Shown piece by piece: positions 24,640 through 37,657 of a stretch of 64,000 bases of DNA. Under the pieces are notes generated by a model. That model made no database searches and had not been told where the DNA came from. It saw only the letters and a program-made list of their open reading frames with translations. Position 1 is the first letter of the stretch. Each line of letters starts with the position of its first letter. Source of the DNA: Octopus sinensis (lineage: Eukaryota); assembly GCF_006345805.1 (NCBI RefSeq), contig NC_043015.1, positions 30,442,001 through 30,506,000 on the forward strand, given 5' to 3'. The translations under genes and the position numbers were made by a program.

Positions 24640-25000
24640 TTCTGTGGTTACGAAATTCTCTTTGCAATCACATGGTTTCAGGTTCACTTCAGTACCAACC
24701 ACTGCAAGGCACCTTGGGCAAGTGTCTTCTACTATAGCCCCAGACTGCCCAATACCTTGTGTGTGAATTTGGTACATGAAAATTATGAAAGCCTATTAAG
24801 TGTGTATGTATGTACATATATGTGTGTGTGTGTGTATGTATGTGTTTGTCCCTCCCTCCCATCATTTCCCAACCAGTGTCGATTTGCTTATATTCCCTGT
24901 AACTTAGCAATTTGGCAAAAGATATGTCCTGGGGTTGATTTGTCCAACTAAACCCTTCAAGGCAATACCCTAACATGGCCACAGTTCAATGACTGAAAAA
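24640..25000 (+). mobile_element. SINE family B (tRNA-derived, central TA/TG linker), degenerate
   Basis: ggcaccttgggcaagtgtcttctactatagcc ... cagttcaatgactgaaa. Confidence 0.75.
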
Positions 25001-25185
25001 CCTACAAGATATATAGATTTGTCTTTTGAGGTTGTATTCACGTCAATTGCAATGTCACAATTGGTAATAGCCATAATTTCAGTTGCACTTTGCCTCCCTC
25101 GGTTATCTTAAATTTTCTCCTCTAAGTCAACCAAGCAGATGAGAAACTAAAATGATACTCAAAGAAGGCAGAGTCAAGAACTTAA

Positions 25186-25635
25186 CCCTTCTGTTACTGT
25201 ATCTCTGTTGAAATTTGTTGCCTTTGTTTTAATTAATGTTGAAAATTAATCTGGTATTTAAGGTGATGAGCTGGCAGAATCATTAACCCACTAGACAAAA
25301 TGCTTAGTAGCATTTCATCTGTCTTTACATTCTGGGTTCAAATCCTGCCTAGGACAACTTTACCTTCCATCTCTTTGGGAGTCAGTAAAATAAGTACCAG
25401 TGGAGCACTGAGGTCAATGTAATTGACCTAACTCACAAACCCCTACCTCCGAAATTGCTGGCCTTGTGCCAAAATTTGAAACCATTATTAATCTGGTATT
25501 TAGATCGTAAATTAACATGAAATCTTTACAAATTAAACCTTGATGGAAGGTTTGTAGATCACGCAAAGACAGGAAGTTTATGTCATAGAACCAGGGGAAC
25601 CAGGGGCAGTCTCAGAAAGGTCAGTGTCAAAAGGG
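25186..25635 (+). mobile_element. TTAA-type MITE containing a SINE A insertion (25261-25487)
   Basis: ttaa-CCCTT...AAGGG-ttaa termini; the SINE is flanked by a 15-bp TSD ttaatctggtattta (25246-25260, 25488-25502). Confidence 0.8.
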
Positions 25636-26757
25636 TTAAATATTGCCATAGACATGACAACTGAATGAAATCAATACTAATTCAAGTGATTGGTGAATTT
25701 ACTTGCAGTAGTAACTGTTGTAGTACTAATAATGGAGATGAACTAATTAATAGTACATTGTACAAGATCTCTGTTGTTAATTGGCATCTGAGTCAATTTT
25801 GATACAGCAGAACAATGAGCAAAGATGTTCCAGTAATGACCATCCTGTCACGTTTTCAGGCATAATGTATTTAGAAAAAATACACCACTTAATATATCTT
25901 TTTTTTTTCTGGGATGCTAGGGTGTGACTTGAAGGAGAATTAGCTGCTATTTCTAGCAAGTTGAGAGACCAAGTATACCGGGCATGGTCAACCTTTTTCA
26001 AGAAGTAGGCCACATGAGACATACGCAGTTCATTATCAGGCAGTTCTTGATAATTTTTAAAACCCATTCAGAAAGTCTTGCAGGCCTCAGTTTGCCCATC
26101 ACTGGTGTAAAAGTACCCACTTTGGCTCAGCAAACTCTCATTAGGCTTAATTGATGAATAGTAATAATGGTATCTGTTCATCTAATGTAGTAAGTTGGTG
26201 TTCATGAGCTGCCAGGTTCAATACTTGTTGGAGGTTATCGGATTTTTATTTGTCATTTAAAATTTTATTTTGTTTATACTCATATATGTGCATGTGTGTG
26301 TGTGTATAAATATATACACTTTATGTATATATGTGTAAATTTGTACTTTATGTATATATGTGTGTTCTTAATTTTTAATGCATTCAGGATTCAAATTACC
26401 TGTTCTCCACTCATACAAACACACACACACATGTACATGCAAATGGTTATAACACCTTTGGTTGTTCATAAAATACTTCAAGAAAAAATCATCAGTTAAA
26501 TATGCTTAAATCTCATTGTAGTTTATCATTTTGATTTTGTTTCAAATTTACTTATTTATCAAAAGTAATTCCCATCTATTTGTTGTCATTGCTTAGTATT
26601 GCTTTTGTTTTATTTTATGCTATGAATATATATAATGTCTTGGACTGACTAATGCCTTGTGAGTAAACTTGATAGACAGAAACCCTACAGAATCCCATCA
26701 AAGACCATTATGTGAATATATCTGTGTGAGTATGGGATTTTTGTTTTTATCTTATAG

Positions 26758-26975
26758 TCAGGAGAGAAGAGCAGTGCTCGTGTCCCTATACAAGGTCTTC
26801 GAGATTGGTAAAAGGGGCAGGGTATCCTCAAACGGGGGGAGGGGCCTGACCCAAATACTTGCAACAGAATAGACTCTGCTAAAGACACCTGAGATGCCAA
26901 ATGGTGGTGTTAAATCAGGTGACAGATTTAAGTCTACCTTGGATATTGACATTACATGGCATCGCTTGTCAGCAG
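26758..26975 (+). CDS. Candidate exon (5'UTR plus start) of an uncharacterised gene; ATGs at 26894, 26901 and 26956 lie in three different frames
   Basis: tttttgtttttatcttatag acceptor, CAG|gtgagt donor; all frames are closed upstream of the ATGs. Confidence 0.5.
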
Positions 26976-29056
26976 GTGAGTGAAACAGTGATGTGATGTT
27001 TAAATTTTTTGTTGACATTACAACCAGTGGAATATTAAAAAAAATGGATTTATTTGAAAAATAAATCAATGGCTGATGACAGGAAGAGCATCTTGGCTGT
27101 ATGTAAGATCCTATTTCAAAGAAGTCCACATCCATCCCATGCTAGCGTGGTAAAACAGACATTAAAGGAACAAACAAATATGTGTGTATGTCTGTTTTAA
27201 ACAGAAGCAGAAAATGTTTTGAGAACCTATCATGAATAAAAGGAGAAAAATATTAATATTTACATTTTTATCAAAATTTGCTACCAGTTTCAATTATTTA
27301 AGACTATTTAGTCATGCAATAAGAAAAAGAAACTAAATAGAATTAAATTACTCTTTCATGATAGCAGTTTTGAAAATTCACATTTTTCATGAAAAATTCA
27401 CATGGTAGTGGTTGTTGGTTTGCTGCTGGGTCATAACCATAGTAGTAACAGTTTTAGCAGCGGTAATTGCCTGTTGGTCCTTACTAGCAATCTTGACATT
27501 CAGGAGTCATTCATAATGATGGAAAAAGCCATATGGTGGTAGTGACAGTAGTAGTAGTAGTAGTAGTAGTAGTTAGTGGTCACAGTAGTAGCAGCCATCA
27601 CATCTTTTATTCCAGCTATTCTGATAAATGTGTCTAGAACTACATTACCTTATGTTTCCTTCTTGTTTTAATGGTAGTGTGTAATTTGAGGCAAATTTGG
27701 TAGCTATTTGTACCATGTTGAATGACTCTATACAGGCTCTCTCATTTTCAATTAGTTGTGACAGAAGTTGGGTATTAAGAAAGTCAAGATAAGATTATAT
27801 CCACAACTCTGTCCAGAATGAAAGTTGCTCAGAATTTGTGCAGTACCCCTAGTGTTTAGAACCCTAAGTGATTTCTTAGTTTGTCTAGTGTGTAGTACCA
27901 GCTCTGTAGGAATAATTCTTGGGTATAGCAAAAATTATCCATGGATATAACCAAAGTTACCCACAGATATAATAACACATTGCTATATTCATGACGTAGT
28001 ATAAGTAAAGATGATTCTTTGCTGAGAAGGTCTAATAAGATTGAAACATGCAAATTTTCAGTTTTTTTTCTTTTTTTCAAATTTCAGTGTTGTCTTCTTT
28101 GTTATAATAGTTAAGCTTATGGCTTCTTATTCCTCATTGTAGAGTTAATTTTTAATTAATTAAAATTGTTTGCCTGTGTTCACTTTACTCTATATTTGTG
28201 ATAATCTTGGCTAGAGCATTTGACCAGCAGCACAGCATGATGTGACCGCTGGAGGGAGAGAGAGCTGCAACTAGCACTCTGGTTGATTCTCATTTTCATC
28301 TGAGTAGACTGGAGCATCGTGGAACAAAGTTCTTTACTCAAGGACACAACATGCCACCTGCTCCAAGAATTGAACCTATGACATCATAATTATAAGCCAC
28401 ACACCCTAACCACTCAGCCATGCATCTTCACATAGTAGTTGTAAGTAAAGCATTAATAAATCTTTAGATGTCGCTATGGTTGTATTTGTGGCAATATAAT
28501 GTGGATAGATCAGCGGTTATCCATGGAAATAGTAGTAGAAGTAATCCAGGATTATATTTGTGTTAATCTCTAAATATAACAGCAGTAATCTCCAAGCAAG
28601 TCGCCAATGATCTCCAGATTCAATAGTGACATATACGAAATGTGTGGATTCTTAAAAAGATAAATATAGGATGTGAGGAACAGTGTCTTTAAACATCTCC
28701 TTGCACCCTTCCACCTCTCTTCTTGCTTTCTCTGTAAAGCAACAATGCAAGCAGAGAAAAATGATTAAAGTGTAGACTGAAGGCATGTTGTGTTATGTTG
28801 GAAACCTTTTCAACCCCAATCAGAAGAGAAAATAATGGCCATTACAATGATAGTGATATATATGTGAAAAATGTAAGTGGGAAGAGCACTTATTAGATGG
28901 TTGTAGTCCAAATTGTGGTGAGGCAATCTGACAGGAAAAAAATATGAATATATAAGTAATTATATCTATAATGTAATGCAAAAAGGTTGGGTAGCAATAC
29001 CAAAGACCCCATCTCCCCTCCATTTCATTTGTGAATTTTTTTCTTAGATCCTTTAC

Positions 29057-29099
<43 letters not shown>

Positions 29100-29102
<3 letters not shown>

Positions 29103-29330
29103 CATGTATGTTTGTGTATCTGTGTTTGTCCCCCTAGCATTGCTTGACAACCGATGCTGGTGTGTTTATGTCCCCGTCACTTAGCGGTTCGGCAAAAAAG
29201 ACCGATAGAATAAGTACTGGGCTTACAAAAAGAATAAGTCCCGGGGTCGAGTTGCTCGATTAAAGGCGGTGCTCCAGCATGGCCGCAGTCAAATGACTGA
29301 AACAAGTAAAAAGAGTAAAAAGAGAGAGAG
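29100..29330 (+). mobile_element. SINE family B 3' half
   Basis: gtttgtccccctagcattgcttgacaaccg...gactgaaacaagtaaaaagag. Confidence 0.85.
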
Positions 29331-29434
29331 TATATAAAAATTCCCAAAGTTGCACATATTGATGTATTTCTATAAATATGAAGAAACTAAAAGACAAAAC
29401 AAATTAATGACTCTCTGTATGTTTGTGAAATAAG

Positions 29435-29486
29435 GAGTGGATGTGTCCCTCCTACGGATGGTGCCAAGGCAATATCGCCATCTATG
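29435..29486 (+). CDS. Candidate 52-nt exon (EWMCPSYGWCQGNIAIY(G) in the best chain; all three frames are open)
   Basis: gtttgtgaaataag acceptor, ATG|gtaaat donor, unique GC-richer sequence. Confidence 0.4.
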
Positions 29487-30023
29487 GTAAATGATAAGAG
29501 ATAGACTTTTCTAACGACGAGACACAAGTGTCTGAATGCTGAAGTGGTCCAAATGATTATATGTTGGTTAAACACGACATTTCTCAATTTTTAAATTTAT
29601 TACAAAGGGTTCAGAATAAAATAGGAGGCTGTGACATTCATGCCTTTTCATAAAGGCATGAACAACTTCAGAATACATATTTGCTATTTACGTAACAATT
29701 TTTTTTTTCAAACTTGTGTTTCTATTCTCATTCATTCAGTCATTTATTCACCAAAGATGAGGTGAAGTATTAATTGGGTGGGTTGTTGAGTATGGCATAA
29801 CTGTATAGTCAGGTGACTTGAATGATATCATTATACACACACACACATATACATACCACATACCTACATATGCACATACATGTAAATGTATATATATATA
29901 TATATAATGTTTATATATAATATATAATATATATATATATATATATAATGTTTATATATAATATATATATATATATATATAATATAATATATATATTATA
30001 TATATATATATATAATATATAAT

Positions 30024-30058
<35 letters not shown>

Positions 30059-30095
30059 GTTTATATATAATATATATATATATATATATAATGTT

Positions 30096-30134
<39 letters not shown>

Positions 30135-30179
30135 GTTTATATATAATATAGATATATATATATATATAATGTTTATATA

Positions 30180-30256
<77 letters not shown>

Positions 30257-31078
30257 TAATTTACATGTTCCATGTCAGCATTGAACATGAATATGAAATG
30301 ATGATAAATATATGTGTGTCTGTGTATGTGTTTGCATACATATGTAAACATATAGATATACACATAATCTTTTATTTGTTGGGATTGATACAAAGCAAAA
30401 AAAAAACAAAAAAAACTGTAGGCCCTTCAAGCCACTCCTGTAGTAATCTCTTCTAATAAAAGATTATATATACTCTGCTTAAAATATTTAGTCCTCTTTC
30501 TTCCATGTGTGTATGAATGAATGTGTGTATATGTATTTATTTTTTTAATCGGCATAAATTTACAAGATTCAAGGGCCAAAGATTTTGTACATGGCGCTTA
30601 TCAAATACATGTCTATGAATTTATATGTAAATATATGCATGTTATAGGTATGTGTTCATGTGTGTGTGCATCTTTAATATATATTTGTATGTATATGCAT
30701 ATATGTATGTTTTGTGCATGTAGATATATGTATATGTAAAAATATATATGATTTAAAATGTAAGGTATATATGTATACCTTTTTTAATAAACATACAATA
30801 TTGTCTTCATTGTAAATAGAAAAAAACCCCACAGGTTCCATGCAGTACAGTTAATATTTCTCTATAGACATAAAAAAGGATTGTTGTGACTAGTTTCTAG
30901 TCTTGTTAGATGTTCATCGGAGAAAGTGTAACCATGTATCTAGAATGAAATTAGTAGTTTACAGCAATTTACAAAGAAGGACCCAGCTAAAACTGGCCAA
31001 TTACATTTGCATAAAAGAGCATCTGCTGACAAGATGGAATAATTAATTCATGCATTCGTTAATGAATGCATTACACAG

Positions 31079-31104
31079 GACTTTTGAAGAATCTGAATCA
31101 TAAG
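31079..31104 (+). CDS. Candidate 26-nt microexon (G)LLKNLNHK
   Basis: gcattacacag acceptor, AAG|gtatac donor, phase 1-0. Confidence 0.3.
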
Positions 31105-31166
31105 GTATACTGTTTTTTGGTTTTGGTTTTGGTTTTTAATAAACATGTAACAATATTCCCACTGTA

Positions 31167-31197
<31 letters not shown>

Positions 31198-31378
31198 AAT
31201 TGAAGATTGGAGTTTGAGGTATTATTTTTTTTAAATAATATCCTTAACTTTTAACTTCAATTTTTATTTTTCAAATTTTACAATGGAAACGGAATTTGCA
31301 TATTTTCTGTTTATTTGAAACAGCAGTTTCATGGGGAGATATTCCCCTGTGCAATTTTCACTTAGCTGCTGTCTGTAG

Positions 31379-31392
31379 AAGTGCTTCCTAAG
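31379..31392 (+). CDS. Candidate 14-nt microexon KCFL(R)
   Basis: Strong AAG|gtaagc donor; acceptor ttttcacttagctgctgtctgtag (alternative acceptors exist upstream); phase 0-2. Confidence 0.3.
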
Positions 31393-32252
31393 GTAAGCGC
31401 CTGGATTATCCTATCCCAAAACTGACTCCAATATATATAAATATATATTGTATATGTATGTATATAAATGATGTATTTATGTATAATATTATATATATGT
31501 GTGTATATAAATCTTATATATATGTAATATTATACCATGTAAGTTGTCTAAAGGTCCTCTTTTTGACAGATATACGAGTGTATGTAATGTTATGTATGCA
31601 TGTGGCCTAGTGGTTAGATTTGTTACATTCACAATTAGGAGATCATGGTTTCAATTCCCATAGCAGCTGTGTATTGTGTTCTTGAGCAAAACTCTTCATT
31701 TCACGTCACTCCAGTTCACTCAGCTATAAATGGTTAAGCCTGTGATGAAATAGTTTTCTGATCAACACACACATATGTAGCAAGCTTCTTTCAGTTTCCA
31801 TCTACCATATCTACTCACAAGCCTTTGGTTTGCTCAGGGTTGTAGTAGAAAAACACTTGTTTAAGATGTCACATAGTGGGACTAAACTGGAAACCTTTTC
31901 AGCATCAGAACACTTCAGGCCACCATTCAGCTCAGATACGAACAGATCGTTGATATAGGGTATACCAATGGCTGTACTGTGGTATCTCACATTCCGGAAC
32001 CCCTTTAATCTACCGTTTTGGCAGTTAAAAGTTTATTTTTTAAAAAATGGCCTGACAGTTAATATCTAAGAAAATTAAGTTTATCCTTCGATGGTATGCT
32101 ACACTACTCTCACTTCTGTTCACTTTCTTGGTATAAACAGCAGCAGTTAATTTGATATCCCAGCTTGTATACCTTAGCAGTGTAATTTTTAATGACTGCA
32201 CACTGACTAAACAAATTCTAAACTACCTCAGACAGGCCTCTGTAGCCTTTAA

Positions 32253-32472
32253 CCCTTTAGTATTCACATTATTCTACCAAATGCGATGCTTGTTTATTCA
32301 CATTGCATTGAATTAATCCTGCATTATCTCATAGCTGTGAGATTTCTGCGATGTGACTCTTTACTTTGGGAATAATATTGTAGGATAGGGTAAGAGGTTG
32401 GATCTGAATGGTTTTGAACAAAAAGGAGGTAAAATATTTAGGCCGGATATGGCCAGTTTGAATGCTAAAGGG
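32253..32472. mobile_element. TTAA-type MITE
   Basis: TIR ccctttag(t/c)att, TTAA on both sides. Confidence 0.8.
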
Positions 32473-32857
32473 TTAAAGGATTCAGAAAGGTTTTTCTAAG
32501 TAACCCCCTCTACCGCTAAACCAAAGTTTATGTCTCTGTTTCTGTTCTCCTGCATGGGTACAACTATGGACCATTTATTGTCCACATATTGGAAGCTTTT
32601 AACATCAAAGCTTTTAACATCCACTTTCTCCGGAAGATTCTTTCAATCTCTTCATAAGAAAGGATTATACACACAAATCTGCAGTCTGCTGTTTCAGCCA
32701 CACTGTCTGTCATTATATATTTAGATGTTTGTATGTGTGTAGACATGTATATATATATTGTTGTGTGTATGTATATGTTTGCTTACATTCGCAAGCTACA
32801 ATCGGTTTTGTTGTCTCTTTTGTCAACAAATTATCCGTTTGCTTTGCATCTTTGAAG

Positions 32858-32894
32858 ATATGTGAAAGAAGAGATCCCTGACTTGAAAATACAG
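32858..32894 (+). CDS. Candidate 37-nt exon (R)YVKEEIPDLKIQ
   Basis: gtttgctttgcatctttgaag acceptor, CAG|gtaagg donor; only one frame is open (phase 2-0). Confidence 0.5.
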
Positions 32895-33059
32895 GTAAGG
32901 GTTAGCAACAGAAAGAGCACCTGACTTTAAAAACAATACTTCTATAGTATGTTTTGTCTAACCCATGCCAGCCTGAAAAAACAGATGTAAGAAAGAAAAA
33001 TCCTCTGTTGAACTGGTCCTTGTAGAAGTAAATCCACACTGAACAGCCATCAACTGAGA

Positions 33060-33400
33060 TGGCTTGAACATGTAGCACAGATGTCCGAGTTACATCTCGT
33101 CTGTAGGATTCTCTATGGCCAGCTACACAATGGTCATCACTTGGCTGGAAGATCAAAGAAGTGGTTCAAAGACCATCTGAGATCCATTTTCAAGAGGAGC
33201 AGCATTAACCCTTCAAATAGTGTTGCTGTCTACAACTCTTTTTGTTTTCTTACCAATGGAAGGATACTAAAGGAATGGAGGAGAAATACACTCAGATCTT
33301 GCCAGAGAAACAAGAGCAGAAGTGTGCACATGGATTAAAGCCTGACCTGTCAGTCCCATCTGCAGGTTAAACTGTGCATCGAGGATTGGGATGTGCAATC
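33060..33400 (+). mobile_element. RTE-clade LINE 3' fragment
   Basis: RILYGQLHNGHHLAGRSKKWFKDHLRSIFKRSSINP...WRR, typical of an RTE ORF C-terminus. Confidence 0.7.
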
Positions 33401-33487
33401 ATCAAATGCTTTGTATGAAGGACACAATGGTCATCAATGAATTTGTGCAACAACCATAAGCAAGCATGTATGTGTTTCCATGTATAC

Positions 33488-34143
33488 AAATGTGTCTATA
33501 TGTGTGTATATATATATATATATATGTATACATATGTATAAATATATGTTTATGTATGTATATATTTGTGTGTGTGTATATATACACACAACATATATAT
33601 ATCCAACAAATGATTAATATTTTCAACAAATCTTAAATCAGTTTTCTAATTTCATTTGTTTCATTGAATTTTAATTTTATTATCGTTAATTCTACCTTCT
33701 CCTCGCACACATGCACACACACATGCATTCAGAATTTTATTCAAAACAAAAAATATATATATTTATATATATAGATATGGCTATATATATGTGTGTTTAT
33801 GTATGTGTGTATATATATATATATAAATATCTTGTGGATGGATATATACAAATGTTTATATATATATGTTTATATATATATATATATGTATACATATGTA
33901 TAAATATATGTTTATGTATGTATATATTTGTGTGTGTGTATATATACACACAACATATATATATCCAACAAATGATTAATATTTTCAACAAATCTTAAAT
34001 CAGTTTTCTAATTTCATTTGTTTCATTGAATTTTAATTTTATTATCGTTAATTCTACCCTTCTCCTCGCACACATGCACACACACATGCATTCAGAATTT
34101 TATTCAAAACAAAAAATATATATATTTATATATATAGATATAT
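33488..34143. repeat. Tandem direct duplication, period about 362 bp
   Basis: Unique core ccaacaaatgattaatatt...cagaattttattcaaaac occurs at 33603 and 33965, nearly identical. Confidence 0.9.
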
Positions 34144-34359
34144 ATGTATATAAATATATATATATAAATGGAAATATATATGTATATAAAAATATATATA
34201 AATATGAATATATATATATAAATATATATATGCATATATATAATATATATACACACACATACCTACCTTGTATATACTTGTATGCTTATATGTGTTATAT
34301 ATATATACTTATATATATTATATATATTCTTACATATATATACTTATATAGAGAATATT

Positions 34360-34889
34360 AATTAGTGATAAAACCACTATTATGCAATTCACACAATGAT
34401 AGGCATAAACCAAATCATAAATAAAACATAAACTATATTTTAAAACATATAACTAGATCACAAAAAGTATAAAAAGGAATAATCAAAATATAATAAGTAA
34501 AAAAAAAACTATGTACGTTTCATGGCTATAATTAAATTCAAATTAAATTTAAATTTAATCGAAATGAATTCAATTTAAAATTATAGTCAATCTTCAGGTT
34601 AAACAATAATAGTTAAATAAGCAAATAGAGTTAAACAATATAATTTTATATAAGAAACTCCATTAACTAAATTTGGAACTTAAAACATTAGTTTCCTACA
34701 ATACATTTATTATGTTAAATATTTAAGGTAAAAAAATAGAGTAAATAGATAGAAAAATGTATTTGTGTGAATATATAATTTAGCTTTAAAAAACATTAAT
34801 AAACTATAGAATATCTTTAACCTAGTTATACTCTAATATTTAATTACCAAACTATCATTGTTTGCATAATAGTGGTTTTATCTCTAATT
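34360..34889. mobile_element. AT-rich fold-back element/MITE candidate
   Basis: 28-bp terminal inverted repeat (1 mismatch) plus acaatgatag/ctatcattgt; about 470-bp AT-rich interior. Confidence 0.5.
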
Positions 34890-35519
34890 TATATTTTACA
34901 TATTTATATTGTGAAATTTGATTTAATACTAAATTGAATTTTTCCTTGTAAGTATGGAGTTATGCTCCCTAATATTATGATTATACTTATATATATATTT
35001 ATATATATACTTATATATATATATATTTATATATACTTATACATATATTTATACGTATATATGTATACTTATATATTTATATATATACATATATATATAT
35101 TCTTATATATATATATAGATATATATATATACTTATATATACATATATATACTTATATATATACATATATATATATACTTATATATTTATATATACATGT
35201 ATATATATATGTATATATATACTTATATATATATATATATATGTATATACACATATATTTATTTATATGCATATCTATGTATGTATTTATATACATATTT
35301 ATATATTTACTTATATCCAATATATACTGATTGTATATATGTATATATATATCGGTACTTTGATAAAATACTTATCTCTAATCTGAAAGTTTATTATTCT
35401 ACTACCATTATTTTATTATTAATTTTTATTGTGAATATTATTATCATTATTGCAAATTATTTGATTATTTAATGTATACAAAACTATTCCAAGACTAATC
35501 TAAACTACTTTATGATTTA

Positions 35520-36202
35520 TAATTAACTTTGGTCGTTCTTGTTATTTCTTTGTTTCTCTCTTTCTTTCTCCTTTGATATTGGCCTTGGTGTTGCAGGTGG
35601 AGTGGGTGATGTCCTTCTCAACCACATCCACACACAGTAATTCATGAGATTACAATCAGGGGAATTGGTGGGGGGCCGGAAATTGGAGCTGGTGGAGTCA
35701 TAGAAATTCTCCGACAGCCACACCTGACTCTTTCTGGAGACACAGCAAATGAGATGAGTCCTGTTGCCACACATTTTGGCCTTCCAGCAACGACCCTCTC
35801 CAGTCAGAGTTTGACCACTTTCTCTAGCAGCTTCACATAGTCATCTGAAATGAGTCTAAGGCCCTGTTCAAAGATGTGGAGTATAATGGCATCACCCTCA
35901 CTGGGGACTCCCAAAGACCACCACAGTTTGGTGAAACTTGGTTTTCATGATGTCCATGGCAAGTCTTAGAGCCTTTACCGTGTTCACAGAGCATTAAATA
36001 GCAGTCATGATGTCAGCATTTTGATACCTGGTGCAAATCATCATGATACAGGTAACTCTTTTCCAATATTCAGATGGCTTCCCATCCTCCGTATCAGCCA
36101 ACTTTTTCTCAACTGCACCTTTAATTTTTAGGCTCCCTGACATCAAGCTGTTTCTGAAAAAAGGGACATTAAAAAATTATCAAATTTAGCCTGAACACCC
36201 TG
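35520..36202 (-). mobile_element. Internally deleted Tc1/mariner (maT-like) transposon
   Basis: CAGGGTG terminus at 36202; degenerate KTKF...VVVFG.SSEGDA, WQQDS, PPNSPDCNLMNYCVW (WPxNSPDLNP motif). Confidence 0.8.
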
Positions 36203-36877
36203 TGATCACTGTCGTTCATTCCATTGCTGTGTGTATGTCTTAAAACATTCAGCTATCAGTGACACAGTCCACCTAGGTATTATTAGGTACTTCACTGTAC
36301 TATACTCATAAATAAACCACTCAGCTCTCTGGGTAAGCAAGGGAGTCTACTAAAAATAACAATCAAATGTTCCTCAAATCACATTTTGCCATCTTAAAAA
36401 GAGGGGGAAAAAGCCATTGTACAATGTCATTGTAGATAAATTATGCCTGAGAATAAGACATGATACGAGAATTAAAACATGGCTGGAATATCTTTGATTA
36501 TAGTTTGCTGCAATCAGAGTTTACCTGGCAGGAAACAATAGAAACAAATTCACTCTTGACAGCTCCGTTCACTCAGCTGTATGTAGATGCCACAGTAAGA
36601 TACGGTTCATTAAGCTATAAGCAGCAACACACTCCACTTAGCTGTACATAGACACTGCTGTGATATGCACTTCATCGCTGTAAAAAGCAACACTAGCCCA
36701 GTCTACCCAGCTGTAAATAAGTACCACAGAGATATGTAGTTTATCAATGAATCAGTCCACCAAGTTGTAAACACATACCACTATGAGATATTGTTCATCA
36801 TTGTATAAGCAACAACACAAACCACCTTGCCATAAACAGGAACTATTATCATATATAATTCATTAATATATAAACAG

Positions 36878-37380
36878 CAGTGGTGGCACAAAGGCCCAAT
36901 GGTTAAGGCAACGGACTCGCGGTCGTAGGATTGCGGTTCGATTCCCAGACCGGGCATTGTGATTGTTTATTGAGCAAAAATACCTAAAGCTCCACAGGGC
37001 TCCGGCAGGGGGTGGTGGTGGACCCTGCTGTACTCTTTCACTCCAACTTTCTCTCACTTTTTCTTCCTGTTTCTGTTGTACCTGTATTTCAAAGGGCCAC
37101 TCTGTGTCATGCTGAATCTCCCTGAGAACTACGTTAAGAGTACACGTGGCTGTGGAATGCTCAGCCACTTGCACGTTAATAAATGAGCTGCGATGTCACT
37201 GGTGCCAAGCTGTATCGGCTTTTGCCTTTCCCTTGGATAACATCAGTGGCGTGGAGAGTGGAGGCTGGTATGCATGGGCGACTGCTAGTCTTCCGTAAAC
37301 AACCTTGCCCGGACTTGTGCCTCGGAGGGTCACTTTCTTGGTGCAATCCCATGGTCAGTCATGACCAAAGGGGGTCACAA
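36878..37380 (+). mobile_element. tRNA-derived SINE (truncated) fused to the 3' part of a second SINE family
   Basis: tRNA-like head ggcccaatggttaaggcaacggactcgcgg; the second part matches 57760-57960. Confidence 0.8.
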
Positions 37381-37594
37381 CACTATATAGACAACAACAC
37401 AAGCCACATAGCTGTAGACTAGTACTACTGTGAGACACAGTTTATCACTGTACAAGCAGCAACACAAGCCACTTGGGTGTAAACAGGTACAACCGTGATA
37501 TATAATTCATCACTGTGAGCAACAGCGTACCATTGTTATAAAATTGATGAGTGTTTTCGTTGATCTGTAATGCTGCTGCATTCAACTTCTCTAG

Positions 37595-37657
37595 AAAAGT
37601 TTACCAATGGAAGACTGGCATCCTATCCCAAAGCAGATCGGTCTCTCATCTGATTAA
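37595..37657 (+). CDS. Candidate terminal exon KSLPMEDWHPIPKQIGLSSD*
   Basis: cattcaacttctctag acceptor, phase 0 fits 32858-32894, AATAAA at 37673-37678. Confidence 0.35.
   Translation, partial: KSLPMEDWHPIPKQIGLSSD

Noticed and set aside
28573-28731. Minus-strand exon candidate with a strong acceptor (RKQEERWKG... or ESKKRGGRVQGDV*)
   Set aside because: No compatible upstream minus-strand exon was found and the peptide is not recognised.
36028-36153. Apparent 126-nt minus-strand exon with good splice signals
   Set aside because: It is the 5' region/start of the Tc1/mariner relic, between the CAGGGTG terminus and the transposase motifs.
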